DNA of 64,000 bases, taken from assembly GCF_034531035.1 (NCBI RefSeq), contig NZ_JAVRBY020000016.1:34521-98520 (forward strand). Direction: 5' to 3'. Under the pieces are notes generated by a model. It was not told where the DNA came from, made no database searches, and saw only the letters and a list, made by a program, of their open reading frames with translations. Each line of letters opens with the position of its first letter. Positions within the stretch are counted from its first letter, which is position 1. Positions 18,803 to 29,502 of this stretch are shown piece by piece. The position numbers and the translations under genes were made by a program. This DNA comes from Nostoc sp. DedQUE02 (lineage in GTDB: Bacteria > Cyanobacteriota > Cyanobacteriia > Cyanobacteriales > Nostocaceae).

Positions 18803-21070
18803 ATGAGCAGCATAGCTATAAATTCATCAGTTGATCTTGCCATTCCGGAATGGTTAAAAAAATGTTTGAAGGAGTCATCGACAATTAGCGGCACAGTGGA
18901 AGATGACCGAAGATATAGTGATGCAATCTTAATTGGTCGAGCATTTGAATTTGCTTACCAACTGCATCAGGGTCAATACCGCAAATCGGGAGAACCATAC
19001 ATTGCTCATCCCATTGCTGTGGCTGAATTGCTGCGTGACTTGGGAGGTAGTGCTGCTATGATAGCAGCTGGATTTCTCCACGATGTAGTTGAAGATACAG
19101 AAGTTACAAGTGAAGAAATAGAAGAACGCTTTGGCCCAGAAGTGCGGCAATTGGTCGAAGGTGTCACCAAGCTTTCTAAGATCAATTTCACCAGCAAAAC
19201 CGAAAGCCAAGCCGAAAACTTCCGGCGGATGTTTTTGGCTATGGCGCAAGATATTCGGGTAATTGTGGTGAAATTGGCAGATCGTTTGCATAATATGCGA
19301 ACTTTACAATACATGTCAGAGGCTAGCCGCCGCCGCAGTGCCCAGGAAACACGAGATATTTTCGCGCCTTTAGCTAATCGCTTGGGCATCTGGCGAATTA
19401 AATGGGAACTAGAAGATTTGGCTTTTAAGTATTTGGAACCAGAAGCTTTTCGCCAAATGCAAGAGCATGTTTCTGAAAAACGGACGGCACGAGAAGAGAA
19501 ATTAGCCAAAGCTACAGACATTTTGCGGGAACGTTTGCAGCAAGCCGGAATCCACTTTCAGGATATCAGTGGTCGTCCCAAGCATCTTTATAGCATTTAC
19601 CAAAAAATGCACCGCCAGCAAAAAGAATTTCATGAAATTTACGATTTGGCTGCGCTGCGGATTATTGTTCAAACTAATGAGGAATGCTATCGGGCTTTGG
19701 CGGTGGTTCATGATGCTTTTCGTCCAATTCCTGGGAGATTTAAGGACTATATTGGACTGCCAAAGCCTAACCGTTACCAGTCGTTGCATACTGGGGTGAT
19801 TGGATTAACTGGTCGTCCTTTGGAAGTGCAAATTCGGACAACCGAAATGCATCACATCGCCGAGTATGGGATTGCCGCCCATTGGAAGTACAAAGAAACA
19901 GGAGGTTCTAGTATTAGCCATTTGACAGCGACAGATGACAAGTTTACTTGGCTGCGGCAGCTACTGGAATGGCAAACTGATCTCAAGGATGCCCAAGAAT
20001 ATCTTGATAGCGTAAAAGATAATTTATTTGAAGATGATGTCTATGTCTTCACCCCTAAGGGGGATGTTGTTCCTTTAAGCCCCGGTTCTACAACTATAGA
20101 CTTTGCTTATCGGATTCATACCGAAGTGGGAAACCACTGTTCAGGGGCGCGGGTGAATGGGCGAATGGTGCCATTGTCAACGCGGTTGCACAATGGTGAT
20201 ATTGTAGAGGTTTTAACCCAAAAGAACTGCCATCCGAGTTTGGATTGGTTGAACTTTGTCAGAAGTTCGGCGGCGAAATATCGGATAAAACAATGGTACA
20301 AGCGATCGCGCCGGGAAGAAAATATCACCCGTGGACGAGAATTGCTAGAAAAGGAACTTGGTAAAACTGGTTTTGATAGTTTGTTAAAGTCGGATGCGAT
20401 GCAGATTGTCGCCGAAAAGTGTAATTACCACAGCGTAGAAGATTTACTGGCTGGTTTGGGTTATGGAGAAATTACGTTGAACTTAGTGCTAAATCGCTGG
20501 CGAGAAGTAGCGAAGGGACAACAACCAGCTGCCACTGTGCCTCTATTTATCCCCAAAGAACCAAGTTCAAAAGCTTTGCGAGATGCACCTCCAACTACCT
20601 CACGCTCCACTGATTCGCCAATTTTTGGGGTAGAGGGGTTGGTATATTATTTAGCTGGGTGTTGTACCCCGATTCCTGGCGAACCAATTATTGGTGTGGT
20701 GACGCGAGGTAGGGGGATTTCAATTCATCGCCAAGGCTGCCATAATCTGGAGACTGTGGAGTATGAGCGCTTAGTACCAGTTAGGTGGAACCCAGCCGCC
20801 GAAAATAGTGGTCGTCCGCACACGTACCCCGTAGATGTTCAAATTGAAGCCCTGGATCGCGTAGGGGTGTTAAAGGATATTTTGTCACGCTTGAGCGATC
20901 AAGGGATCAATGTCCGCCATGCCCAGGTGAAAACCTCTACTGGTCAACCTGCATTGATGGACTTAGGAATAGATATACGCGATCGCTCTCAATTAGAGCA
21001 AGTCTTTGTCCAAATTAAGAAAATGAGCGACATTTTAAATATCCGCCGCGTTGGTCAAATTGACGAGTAG
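18803..21070 (+). CDS. rel: Bifunctional (p)ppGpp synthetase/hydrolase (RelA/SpoT)
   Basis: HD motif LHDVVEDT, KLADRLHNMRT, GRPKHLYSIY, PKPNRYQSLHT, TGS (DFAYRIHTEVG) and C-terminal ACT domain. Confidence 0.97.
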   Translation: MSSIAINSSVDLAIPEWLKKCLKESSTISGTVEDDRRYSDAILIGRAFEFAYQLHQGQYRKSGEPYIAHPIAVAELLRDLGGSAAMIAAGFLHDVVEDTEVTSEEIEERFGPEVRQLVEGVTKLSKINFTSKTESQAENFRRMFLAMAQDIRVIVVKLADRLHNMRTLQYMSEASRRRSAQETRDIFAPLANRLGIWRIKWELEDLAFKYLEPEAFRQMQEHVSEKRTAREEKLAKATDILRERLQQAGIHFQDISGRPKHLYSIYQKMHRQQKEFHEIYDLAALRIIVQTNEECYRALAVVHDAFRPIPGRFKDYIGLPKPNRYQSLHTGVIGLTGRPLEVQIRTTEMHHIAEYGIAAHWKYKETGGSSISHLTATDDKFTWLRQLLEWQTDLKDAQEYLDSVKDNLFEDDVYVFTPKGDVVPLSPGSTTIDFAYRIHTEVGNHCSGARVNGRMVPLSTRLHNGDIVEVLTQKNCHPSLDWLNFVRSSAAKYRIKQWYKRSRREENITRGRELLEKELGKTGFDSLLKSDAMQIVAEKCNYHSVEDLLAGLGYGEITLNLVLNRWREVAKGQQPAATVPLFIPKEPSSKALRDAPPTTSRSTDSPIFGVEGLVYYLAGCCTPIPGEPIIGVVTRGRGISIHRQGCHNLETVEYERLVPVRWNPAAENSGRPHTYPVDVQIEALDRVGVLKDILSRLSDQGINVRHAQVKTSTGQPALMDLGIDIRDRSQLEQVFVQIKKMSDILNIRRVGQIDE

Positions 21071-21082
21071 ATACGCCAGTAG

Positions 21083-21108
21083 GGTGCGTTACACTGCGTT
21101 AACGCACC
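21083..21108. repeat. Small palindromic repeat GGTGCGTTA...TAACGCACC (a related copy is at 29235-29260)
   Basis: Inverted repeat seen directly, between the convergent rel and kinase genes. It may act as a terminator. Confidence 0.7.
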
Positions 21109-21162
21109 AATTTAAGTTGCGTTCTCTCAAGTTTTAAATTTGGAGTTATGGCAAAGCCACAA

Positions 21163-22359
21163 TCATACCTGAGCGATGGCTTCTAATGGGAAAATTACTG
21201 TAAATGTAGACCCCTTTCCTAGCTGTGAATCTACTTTAATTTCACCATCCATTAACTGAACCAATCGCGAGACTATCGCTAAACCTAATCCTGTACCATC
21301 AGAACTTTTGACTTGGGGAGCAGTTACTTCCCGAAAATAGGGATTGAAGATTTGTGCTTGAGCATCAGGAGAAATACCAATACCACTATCAGTAACAGAG
21401 ATAGCCCACTGCTGTCGAGATATCGTCCAGCACTCCAAATGAATTGAACCAGATTCTGTGTAGCGAATTGCGTTACTCAGCAAATTTGTCAGAATTTGCT
21501 GAAGCCGAAGCGGATCTGTGGTAACTTGACTTGGAGCGCGTTCGCATTCAACAACTAAAGATAATTCTTTAGTACGGGCTAATGGCTCAACCATCTCTAA
21601 AACAAAGTTGATTAAACTACGCACATCGGTTAAAGTAGGCTGCAATTTCATCTGTCCGGCATCATAACGCGAAATTTCCAGAGTATCGTTAATTAACCGG
21701 ACAAGAAGTCTACCACTCTTAAGAACTCGCTCGATACTTTCAAGATTTGCATAGGTATCTTTGAGTTCTGATTGTTGACGCTGCTGGCGCAGAAATAAGT
21801 CTGCGTAACCAATGATTGAAGTCAGAGGCGTTTTCAGTTCATGAGCCAAATGAGAGAGGCTATCTTTATTGGCGCGAACCAAACGAGTTAGTTCTTGGTT
21901 AGTCAACCGCAACTGACTTTGGAGTTGTTTAAGCTCTTGTAATCGTCCTTGAGTATAACTGTTAAAACAACGAGCGATCGCTTCATCAATTACTGTATCA
22001 ATCAGGCGAACAGCCCTTAGCACATCTTGTGCAGATCCCTGTAATAAATCTTCTTCTAAAAAGGAAAAAATTACAAACCGCAGTAACCGATACTCTCGTG
22101 CAATTTCTGATGGTTCAAATCCTTGTTGGGCGCGAAGTGTGCCGTGTTCTAAACTTGCATCTACAACTGTCTGCAAATCGCTCGTTTCTGATTCAGAAAG
22201 TACTGTTGCTAATGCTTTTAAAACGCGGGGTAAGCTATCCCGTACAGCTTTGAAAGTAAGTTCATTAGTAGCTTCAATTTGTTGATCCTGGTAAACTGCT
22301 TCTACCCATTGATCAAGAATGGCATCACTTTTTGCAATTAGAGTCTGACTAAAATCCAT
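21163..22359 (-). CDS. Histidine kinase with an RsbRD-N-like helical N-terminal domain
   Basis: ILDQWVEAV...EHGTLRAQQGF..SEIAREYRLLR, H-box LAHELKTPL, QILTNLLSNAIRYT and DSGIGI. Probable start is ATG 22359. Confidence 0.88.
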   Translation of the reverse strand: MDFSQTLIAKSDAILDQWVEAVYQDQQIEATNELTFKAVRDSLPRVLKALATVLSESETSDLQTVVDASLEHGTLRAQQGFEPSEIAREYRLLRFVIFSFLEEDLLQGSAQDVLRAVRLIDTVIDEAIARCFNSYTQGRLQELKQLQSQLRLTNQELTRLVRANKDSLSHLAHELKTPLTSIIGYADLFLRQQRQQSELKDTYANLESIERVLKSGRLLVRLINDTLEISRYDAGQMKLQPTLTDVRSLINFVLEMVEPLARTKELSLVVECERAPSQVTTDPLRLQQILTNLLSNAIRYTESGSIHLECWTISRQQWAISVTDSGIGISPDAQAQIFNPYFREVTAPQVKSSDGTGLGLAIVSRLVQLMDGEIKVDSQLGKGSTFTVIFPLEAIAQV

Positions 22360-22794
22360 CTTTTGCTCAACCAAACACAGCGAAGCCTCTTCCACTAGAG
22401 GTAGATTAGTACGTTTGATGTTAGTTCGCACCTAGCATAAGATAGAAATTAGTGAAAAGACAGATTCTTTCACCATCAACGCAAGAGCGATCGCTTCACA
22501 AAACGGATTGCGTGACAGAAATAATACAACAATTCAATACCACTAAAATTGTGATTTTATATAGATATTTTTAGTAGAGATGCGATTAATTGCGTCTTTT
22601 CAATGTCTAATGAAAAATAATATTACCTGTCTTAATTTTCTTGCCTGCATACCCTTTTAACTTTGTTCAGAAACTTTCCGTTCTGCTTTTGTGGCTTGGC
22701 GGCAACTGATAAAGTTCCTCCCACCGATGTACTATATACCTCGGTAATGATGGATGATTAATATTGATTAGTGTAACTATAAGTTCCAATTCCC

Positions 22795-23511
22795 ATGCAA
22801 AATGTATTTCCCGGAGAAGTATTCGCTAACACGGCTGATTTTGACCTTGGGATTCGCCAACTGTTACCGCGATACGATGAGATGTTGGAGGTAATTGCTC
22901 GTTGTCTAAATTCCACAAGTCAGCGTATTTTAGAATTAGGCTGTGGCACAGGTGAACTTAGTCTCAAGATACTCAACCGCTTTCCAGATGCTCAAGTAAT
23001 TGCCCTAGATTACTCACCTCGAATGCTGCAATTTGCCCAAGATAAAATCACAACATCTGGATATCAACAACGCTGGACTGGCATACAAGCAGACTTTGGC
23101 GACTGGGCAAATAATCCAGAGAACTTGGATATTGGTAGCGAATTTGATGCTTGTGTCTCATCCTTGGCAATTCACCATCTCCAAGATGAAATGAAATTGA
23201 AGTTATTTGAGCGAATTGCTGCTAGCCTTACTCAAGACGGCTGTTTTTGGAATGCCGACCCCACATTACCAGAATCACCAGCCTTAGCAGAAGTTTACAA
23301 GGCGGCACGAGAGGAATGGTCAGTTGAACAGGGAATTAGTTTAACAGAGATTCGCGCTAAACGTGGCATCAGCACTACCCAAGGTTACTCCAGTCAAGAC
23401 CAGCTAGCTACCTTGGATGCTCATTTACAAATGTTGAGCAAAGCTGGATTTAAGACAGTTGCAGTACCTTGGAAATATTATGGTCTGGCGGTGTTTGGTG
23501 GCTGGCTGTGA
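22795..23511 (+). CDS. Class I SAM-dependent methyltransferase
   Basis: ILELGCGTG, ALDYSPRML and SSLAIHHL motifs. Confidence 0.9.
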   Translation: MQNVFPGEVFANTADFDLGIRQLLPRYDEMLEVIARCLNSTSQRILELGCGTGELSLKILNRFPDAQVIALDYSPRMLQFAQDKITTSGYQQRWTGIQADFGDWANNPENLDIGSEFDACVSSLAIHHLQDEMKLKLFERIAASLTQDGCFWNADPTLPESPALAEVYKAAREEWSVEQGISLTEIRAKRGISTTQGYSSQDQLATLDAHLQMLSKAGFKTVAVPWKYYGLAVFGGWL

Positions 23512-23924
23512 AAATTTGAGGTTTTGGATGTCTAGATTTGGAATTCGCCTGTCTCTTATGGGTATTTATAGCATTAACAGCTTGATAGTAACAAAACAGC
23601 AATAAATAAGATTATTTTTCTTGATCGGAACTAATATATAAACGCATTAGGTCTGTAAAGGAGGTCTTGCTAACTCACGCAAAGTTTTTAGCTGAAATTT
23701 GCGTTAATTAAGCTAGCTTTGTGTTGTTATACAATATTTCCCCATCAGAAGTACCCGTGAGGGTACTATCAATCCTCCACAGACCTATCCGAAAATACAG
23801 AGTAGAAAATTTTATTCTTAAAGAAACCAGGGACACGCAATTTACATTAGTTTTTCTGCTCGTTTCAAAAGTGGAGTTAAAGCCACTGTAAGAATCACTT
23901 AATTTCAAAAGGAGAATATCTTGG

Positions 23925-25004
23925 ATGGCTCGAAATAAAAAGAAATCAGCCGGGTTCAAATATGAGCATTCGCTTGACTCAAGATGTCCTATTTGTTGTA
24001 TTGTCCCACCGCATATACTTAAAAATGTCGTGGTGAATGGCAATCCCCAGCAACGTACTTGGGCTTTTCATACATTAAATATTTCGGCGCAATTTTTGGG
24101 GCGAAGAAACGTCGTAGGTAATGTGTCGTTTGCGCCTTCTCCAGGCGAAAAGCGCCGCACCATTTACGATGCAAAATATGGTCAGCAACTTCCTGGTACA
24201 CTAGTGCGTGGTGAAGGAGATCCACCAAGCAGTGATGCAGCAGTGAATGAAGCTTACGATGCTGCTGGTGCTACTTATGACTTATTTCATGAAATATTCG
24301 ATCGCAATTCCGTTGACGACAAAGGACTACGTTTAGACTCCACCGTGCATTATGGCGTTAAATATGACAACGCCTTTTGGAACGGCGACCAAATGGTTTA
24401 TGGTGATGGCGACGGAGAAATATTTCAACGCTTCACGACATCAATTGATGTGATTGGGCATGAGCTAACTCATGGTATAACCCAATATGAAGCGGGTTTA
24501 CAGTATTATGGTGAATCAGGAGCATTAAATGAATCATTTTCTGATGTTTTCGGTTCTCTGGTGAAACAGAAGACCAAAAATCAGACTGCACAAGAAGCAG
24601 ATTGGCTGATTGGCGAAGGTCTTTTAGTACCGACTGTCAAAGGTGTTGCTCTGCGCTCAATGAAAGCACCAGGAACAGCTTATGATGACCCAGTACTGGG
24701 TAAAGATCCCCAACCAGCCCATATAAAAGATAAATATACAGGTACTGATGATAACGGCGGGGTGCATATCAACTCAGGAATCCCTAACTATGCCTTTTAT
24801 CTGGCGGCTGTTGAGATTGGTGGCTATGCTTGGGAAAAGGCTGGTAAAATCTGGTACATAGCTTTGCGCGATCGCCTACGTGCCAAAGCAGATTTTAAAA
24901 AAGCTGCTAGCGTCACCATTCAAGTCGCTGGCGAACTTTACGGTAATGATAGTGATGAGCAAAAAGCTGTACAGAATGCTTGGAAAAAGGTAGGAGTTAT
25001 TTAG
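23925..25004 (+). CDS. M4 family metalloprotease (protealysin-like)
   Basis: Short propeptide with CCIVPPHIL, zinc motif HELTH, GALNESFSD and GGVHINSGIPN. Confidence 0.95.
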   Translation: MARNKKKSAGFKYEHSLDSRCPICCIVPPHILKNVVVNGNPQQRTWAFHTLNISAQFLGRRNVVGNVSFAPSPGEKRRTIYDAKYGQQLPGTLVRGEGDPPSSDAAVNEAYDAAGATYDLFHEIFDRNSVDDKGLRLDSTVHYGVKYDNAFWNGDQMVYGDGDGEIFQRFTTSIDVIGHELTHGITQYEAGLQYYGESGALNESFSDVFGSLVKQKTKNQTAQEADWLIGEGLLVPTVKGVALRSMKAPGTAYDDPVLGKDPQPAHIKDKYTGTDDNGGVHINSGIPNYAFYLAAVEIGGYAWEKAGKIWYIALRDRLRAKADFKKAASVTIQVAGELYGNDSDEQKAVQNAWKKVGVI

Positions 25005-25072
25005 AATTAGGAGTTAGGAGTTTTTTCATAACTTCTAACTCCTAATTCTTAACTCTTAACTTTTAGATGTAC

Positions 25073-25197
25073 TATAGGACTCATATTTGATTTTTGAAAA
25101 ATCTCAGTACAACTAGGGAGCCTTCTTTCCCGTTGCAAGAGTGCCTATTGCCTATTGCCTGTCTACACAAATCACTTCAGAAATCAAATCCCAACTA
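25073..25197. mobile_element. MITE-like element (family A, copy 2; right end degenerate)
   Basis: TATAGGACTCATATTTGATTTTTGAA ... TGCCTATTGCCTAT ... TTCAGAAATCAAATC. Confidence 0.65.
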
Positions 25198-25221
25198 AGT
25201 AGCACAACGGAGAGCAAAAAA

Positions 25222-25521
25222 ATGCGGATATCGTTTGAACGCACAGGCGGCTTTGCTGGGATTACCAAGAAAACAACCGTTGATACAGATACTCTCTTGC
25301 CAAACGAAGCCAGCACACTTCTCCGACTGGTTGAGGCTGCTGATTTATTTAGGCTACCTGAAGTAATTACTTCGCCAAATCTCCAGAGCGATCGCTTTCA
25401 ATATAAATTAACAGTAGAAGATAACGGTAAGCAGCATACGGTGACTGTCAGCGAATCAGCATTACCAGGAACCTTAAGACCCCTGATTGAATGGCTGCAA
25501 AATATAGCACAAAAAAGGTAA
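25222..25521 (+). CDS. Emfourin (protealysin inhibitor)-like protein
   Basis: MRISFERTGGFAG...DRFQYKLTVED pattern, located just after the M4 protease gene. The track's start at 25141 lies inside the MITE. Confidence 0.88.
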   Translation: MRISFERTGGFAGITKKTTVDTDTLLPNEASTLLRLVEAADLFRLPEVITSPNLQSDRFQYKLTVEDNGKQHTVTVSESALPGTLRPLIEWLQNIAQKR

Positions 25522-25604
25522 TTTGCTGAATTAGCAATTAAATTTTTAGATAAAAATCCAGTCAATGCTATCTAAAATTAAATATCCCAGGAGAATGTAA
25601 AGTC

Positions 25605-26507
25605 GTGGGCGAAGAGAATGTAAATTTTAATTCCACTGAAGAAAACCAAACCGATGATTTTTTGCATATAGCATCTGTAAAAGAGGATTGGGGTGGAGAT
25701 GGAAGAGGGCGCATGAATCTATCAGGAAGGCGCACAGCAATCTCCAAAGAGTATGTACCTCGCCAGTACCAATACTTTGATACGAATACGGCGCTAGAAG
25801 AACACGTATGGCGCATTAGTGGAATGCCAGAAAATGTAGTAGCTGGAAGCCGTCGATTACTTACTTGGCATGACAATGGTGCATCAACGTCAAGAGTTGT
25901 AATACCAAGACAGTTTGAACTACCATCTGGCTTCTTTACTTCTGATTTGGAGATTTTCGTACTTAGGGGTGCAATCCAAGTGGGAGAGTGGCAGCTAAAC
26001 AAGCATGGCTACTCCTTTATTCCCGCAGGAGTCAGAGTAGGCCCTTGGAAAGTACTAGGTGATGAAGAAGTGGAAATCCTTTGGATGGAAAACGGTTCTC
26101 TCAAGTATAAATATTCACTAAATAATCATCCAGATGCTAGGTTAAGTGGTTTTATCCCAGCATTGGATAGCAAATTAATACCGTGGGGCAATACAGTAAC
26201 AGCTCAATTTATAGAAGCAAATAAAAAGTGGCTAAGGAAAGATAATAACGGGGGTGGAGTCTGGCTGCTTGCTATCTTGCCACATTATGATGGTAAGTCC
26301 CCAATGATTCAATGTTATAACGAGGAAGGGTATTGTCTAGCTGGATACTGTGATATTGGAGATTACCGATTTATAAAGGATTATTTTGGCTATATTCCCA
26401 GCTTTACCATCTCTCCTTGGCACAGAACAGATGATGGTTGCTTATTCTTTATCCGAGTTGATAGGGATTTATCAGAAGTTTCAACAGTCTTGTCGTATGC
26501 ACACTAA
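25605..26507 (+). CDS. Double-cupin-like protein (DUF4437-like)
   Basis: Two cupin-like halves: LEIFVLRG...YSFIPAG and EEGYCLAG...FGYIPS. The true start may be ATG 25713. Confidence 0.55.
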   Translation: MGEENVNFNSTEENQTDDFLHIASVKEDWGGDGRGRMNLSGRRTAISKEYVPRQYQYFDTNTALEEHVWRISGMPENVVAGSRRLLTWHDNGASTSRVVIPRQFELPSGFFTSDLEIFVLRGAIQVGEWQLNKHGYSFIPAGVRVGPWKVLGDEEVEILWMENGSLKYKYSLNNHPDARLSGFIPALDSKLIPWGNTVTAQFIEANKKWLRKDNNGGGVWLLAILPHYDGKSPMIQCYNEEGYCLAGYCDIGDYRFIKDYFGYIPSFTISPWHRTDDGCLFFIRVDRDLSEVSTVLSYAH

Positions 26508-26515
26508 TAAACATA

Positions 26516-26672
26516 TATAGCAATCCGCTTTGATTTCTGTTCGCACAGCATGGCGTAGCCATAATTATTTGCGTAGGAGGTAAGAGGCAAGAGGTAAGAG
26601 GCAATAGGCAATAGTCAAGAAACCTCTTTGAGTTGTACTGGATTTTTTCAGAAATCAAATATGAGTCATATA
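26516..26672. mobile_element. MITE-like element (family A, copy 3; opposite orientation to copy 1)
   Basis: TATAGCAATCCGCTTTGATTTCTG ... heptamers ... CAGAAATCAAATATGAGTCATATA. Confidence 0.7.
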
Positions 26673-26806
26673 AGGAGGTTGGCGTAAATAATTATCGTTG
26701 AGATAATGCAGGGGGCAGGAAGAAAAGAGTTTGAGCCTTATTGACTTTTCGCCACACAGTTTAGTTTTATTATGTCAACTTATTAAGTTTTTAAATAGCA
26801 AGATTT

Positions 26807-28303
26807 CTATGTTGACATTTTAGAAGGTCTTTTTAAATAGCGCCCAATTGGTGAACCTAGAACCTCTCCATTGTTGTAAATCAAATTACCACGTAAAAAG
26901 GTACTTTTTACCCTTCCACTTAATTCCATTCCTTCAAAAGGTGTATAACCTTGTTGTGATTCTGACTCAGCAGCACGTACCACAAAGGTTTCATTAGGGT
27001 CTACTAATACCAAGTCAGCGTCATAGCCAATAGCAATATCGCCTTTTTCTAACAAACCAAAACGCCGCGATGGGTTCCAAGATAGCAATTTAGCGATATG
27101 GTTGTAGGACATTCCCCGCTTGCTACCTTCACTAAATACACCAGAAAGTAAATATTCTGTACCACCAAAACCAGACTTTGCTAACCAAATATTATTCGGG
27201 TCTTTAGCACTTCTTTTTTGTTCAGCAGAACAGCAAGCATGGTCACTAACTATCCAATCTACTTGATTGTTAAGTACTGCTTGCCATAAATATTCCACAT
27301 CGGCACGAGGACGAATAGGAGGATTGACTTTTGCCCAAATTGTATTGGGAGTATCGACATCTAATAACAAATGTCCGACAGTAACTTCTCGCCGAAAATT
27401 TATATGAGGAAAAGCAGTTTGCATAGTCAAAGCTGCTTCCATTGCTTTACGCGAACTTAGGTGCAACAAATTGATATTTGCACAATTAGTCTCGGATGCT
27501 AAATAAGAAGCAATGCAAATTGCTAAACCTTCGGAATGAGGTGGACGCGCTGCACTGTAAGCGTGTAATCCACTAAGACTAGAATCGTTTGCAACTATTT
27601 TGGTATAGGCGTTGAGAATTTCTGCAACTTCACAGTGTAAACTCAAGCTGATAGTATCTCGCGCTTCTGGATGTTTTTCCATCAAACGAGTTAAACCGCG
27701 CATAATAAATTCAAAATGGGCGAAATCGTACCGTTCGTCTTTATTAATCATCAAAAAGAGGTTTTGCTGGTCTGATAAACCATGCAATCCATATCCGCCA
27801 TAAAACATGAAAATTTTAAACGAAGAGACACCGTGTTCCTCAAACAATAAAGGTATTTCGTCGATATGCTGGCTAGCTATAGGTGCGATGTGATAGGCGT
27901 AATCTACAAAAAAATTACCTGCGGATAAAGCCAAAACCTCTGGAAAAAAATCGCGGTAGGAGCCGCCTTTGTTAAGATAATACTGCCCTGTACGGATGTA
28001 ATTTAAGCTAGTAGTCACACCTCCCATTGCAGCTGCTTTGGTTTCAGTCACAGCATCTTTGTCAAGGGGTTGATAAATACCGATGTGCATGTGGGCATCT
28101 ACGACCCCAGGAAAGCCCAGCAAGTTTTTGCCATCAAATACCTCTTTGCCTGTGTCTGGGCTAATATTAGGGGCAATCTGAGCAAATTTTCCATCCTGAA
28201 TTCCTAAATCAAGTAGTTCGATTACATCCTGATGGGGACGAACTACTCGGACATTTTTGATAATTTGATCTAATACAGGAGTTTCAGACACGGTAGACCT
28301 CAC
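26807..28303 (-). CDS. Cyclic amidohydrolase (dihydroorotase/allantoinase/hydantoinase family)
   Basis: PGVVDAHMH, AAAMGGVTT, LHCE, LLHLS, KVNPPIR, SDHA and GYDADLVLVD motifs. Confidence 0.9.
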   Translation of the reverse strand: MRSTVSETPVLDQIIKNVRVVRPHQDVIELLDLGIQDGKFAQIAPNISPDTGKEVFDGKNLLGFPGVVDAHMHIGIYQPLDKDAVTETKAAAMGGVTTSLNYIRTGQYYLNKGGSYRDFFPEVLALSAGNFFVDYAYHIAPIASQHIDEIPLLFEEHGVSSFKIFMFYGGYGLHGLSDQQNLFLMINKDERYDFAHFEFIMRGLTRLMEKHPEARDTISLSLHCEVAEILNAYTKIVANDSSLSGLHAYSAARPPHSEGLAICIASYLASETNCANINLLHLSSRKAMEAALTMQTAFPHINFRREVTVGHLLLDVDTPNTIWAKVNPPIRPRADVEYLWQAVLNNQVDWIVSDHACCSAEQKRSAKDPNNIWLAKSGFGGTEYLLSGVFSEGSKRGMSYNHIAKLLSWNPSRRFGLLEKGDIAIGYDADLVLVDPNETFVVRAAESESQQGYTPFEGMELSGRVKSTFLRGNLIYNNGEVLGSPIGRYLKRPSKMST

Positions 28304-28381
28304 ACTAAAATGAGTTTAGTCAGGAATTCCAACATCGAATCGAGACAAAGACAAAATCCTATTATTATATAACGGTTTTTT

Positions 28382-29203
28382 ATGAAATCATCTTCAGGAG
28401 AAAAGACAATGGAAAGTTTTAATGAGTATCATATAGACCCAAAGGAATTTCCTTTTCTCAAAAGTTTTCAAGATAACTGGCAAGTGATTAGAGATGAGTT
28501 TACACGCTTTATTAAACAGGCATCTAATGAAGAGTTAAAACTAGCTTACGATATTCTCGGCCCTAAAAGTAAAACGATTAAAACCAAGGGTGATGCCAAA
28601 TACAGCGCTTTTGGGATTTTATTTCAAGGGATGTTTATTGAAAAATATATTCAAGTGCATCAAATACAATATCCTGACTATGCCCCAGATGAAGCATCAC
28701 AAAAAGCACTTGCATTAAGAGAGAAATATTTCTCAAATTTGGCTCAAGTAATAGAAAAAGTCAACTTGAGTAATGATAAAATTATCAGAAATGTGTATTT
28801 TGGTACATTCCATCCAGGCTTGGATATCAAGTTACATGTGAACTATAACCCTCATACAAATCGTGGCTATCTAGGATTGATTGTACCAGAGGGAGATGTG
28901 GCTATGAAAATCTGCCATGAGCAACTTTATTGGCATGAAGGAAAATTTCTGGTTTTAGATCACAGCTATCCACACTGCCCGCATAATTACACCAATTATG
29001 ATAGAACTGTTTTGGTTGTAGACTTTTTTAAACCAGATAAACCTAGAGAAGAAGTTATCCAATTTGAGAAAGAACAAGTCAGCCAACGTATGCAAGATAA
29101 TCCTTACAGCTTAGGTGTTTTTGGTAAAAGCGATAAAGCAAAAGTAGAAGATTTTATCAAGTATGGTTTAGCTCATCAATTAGAGTGGGATAAAGCTTTA
29201 TAA
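28382..29203 (+). CDS. Aspartyl/asparaginyl beta-hydroxylase-domain (2OG-Fe) protein
   Basis: LKSFQDNWQVIRDEF, PGLDIKLHVN, WHEGKFLVLDHSYPH and RTVLVVD. Confidence 0.85.
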   Translation: MKSSSGEKTMESFNEYHIDPKEFPFLKSFQDNWQVIRDEFTRFIKQASNEELKLAYDILGPKSKTIKTKGDAKYSAFGILFQGMFIEKYIQVHQIQYPDYAPDEASQKALALREKYFSNLAQVIEKVNLSNDKIIRNVYFGTFHPGLDIKLHVNYNPHTNRGYLGLIVPEGDVAMKICHEQLYWHEGKFLVLDHSYPHCPHNYTNYDRTVLVVDFFKPDKPREEVIQFEKEQVSQRMQDNPYSLGVFGKSDKAKVEDFIKYGLAHQLEWDKAL

Positions 29204-29278
29204 ACTTACTATAATTCACGTGAGATTGTTGATGGTGCGTTATGCTTTCAGCTAACGCACTCTAAATTTATCAAAATA

Positions 29279-29448
29279 GAATTCAGGAGTCAGGAGTCAG
29301 AATTCAGTATGAATTCTGTACGACTGGCTCCTGAATAAGTGGGTTTAAGACCCCCACCAAATTGAAAATTTGGTGGTCAACTTTCGTAGTGGTGGGTCTG
29401 AATCCCCCACTAATTGATTCTGACTCCTGAATTCTGACTTCTGAATTC
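29279..29448. repeat. Dispersed element bounded by inverted heptamer arms (CAGGAGT/CAGAATT versus TTCTGAC/CTCCTGA)
   Basis: GAATTCAGGAGTCAGGAGTCAGAATTCAG ... CTGACTCCTGAATTCTGACTTCTGAATTC. Confidence 0.7.
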
Positions 29449-29502
29449 TTCTTCAAATTTATTAATATAGTTTTAAATATTTGCGCCCATTTACTTCTAC
29501 CA

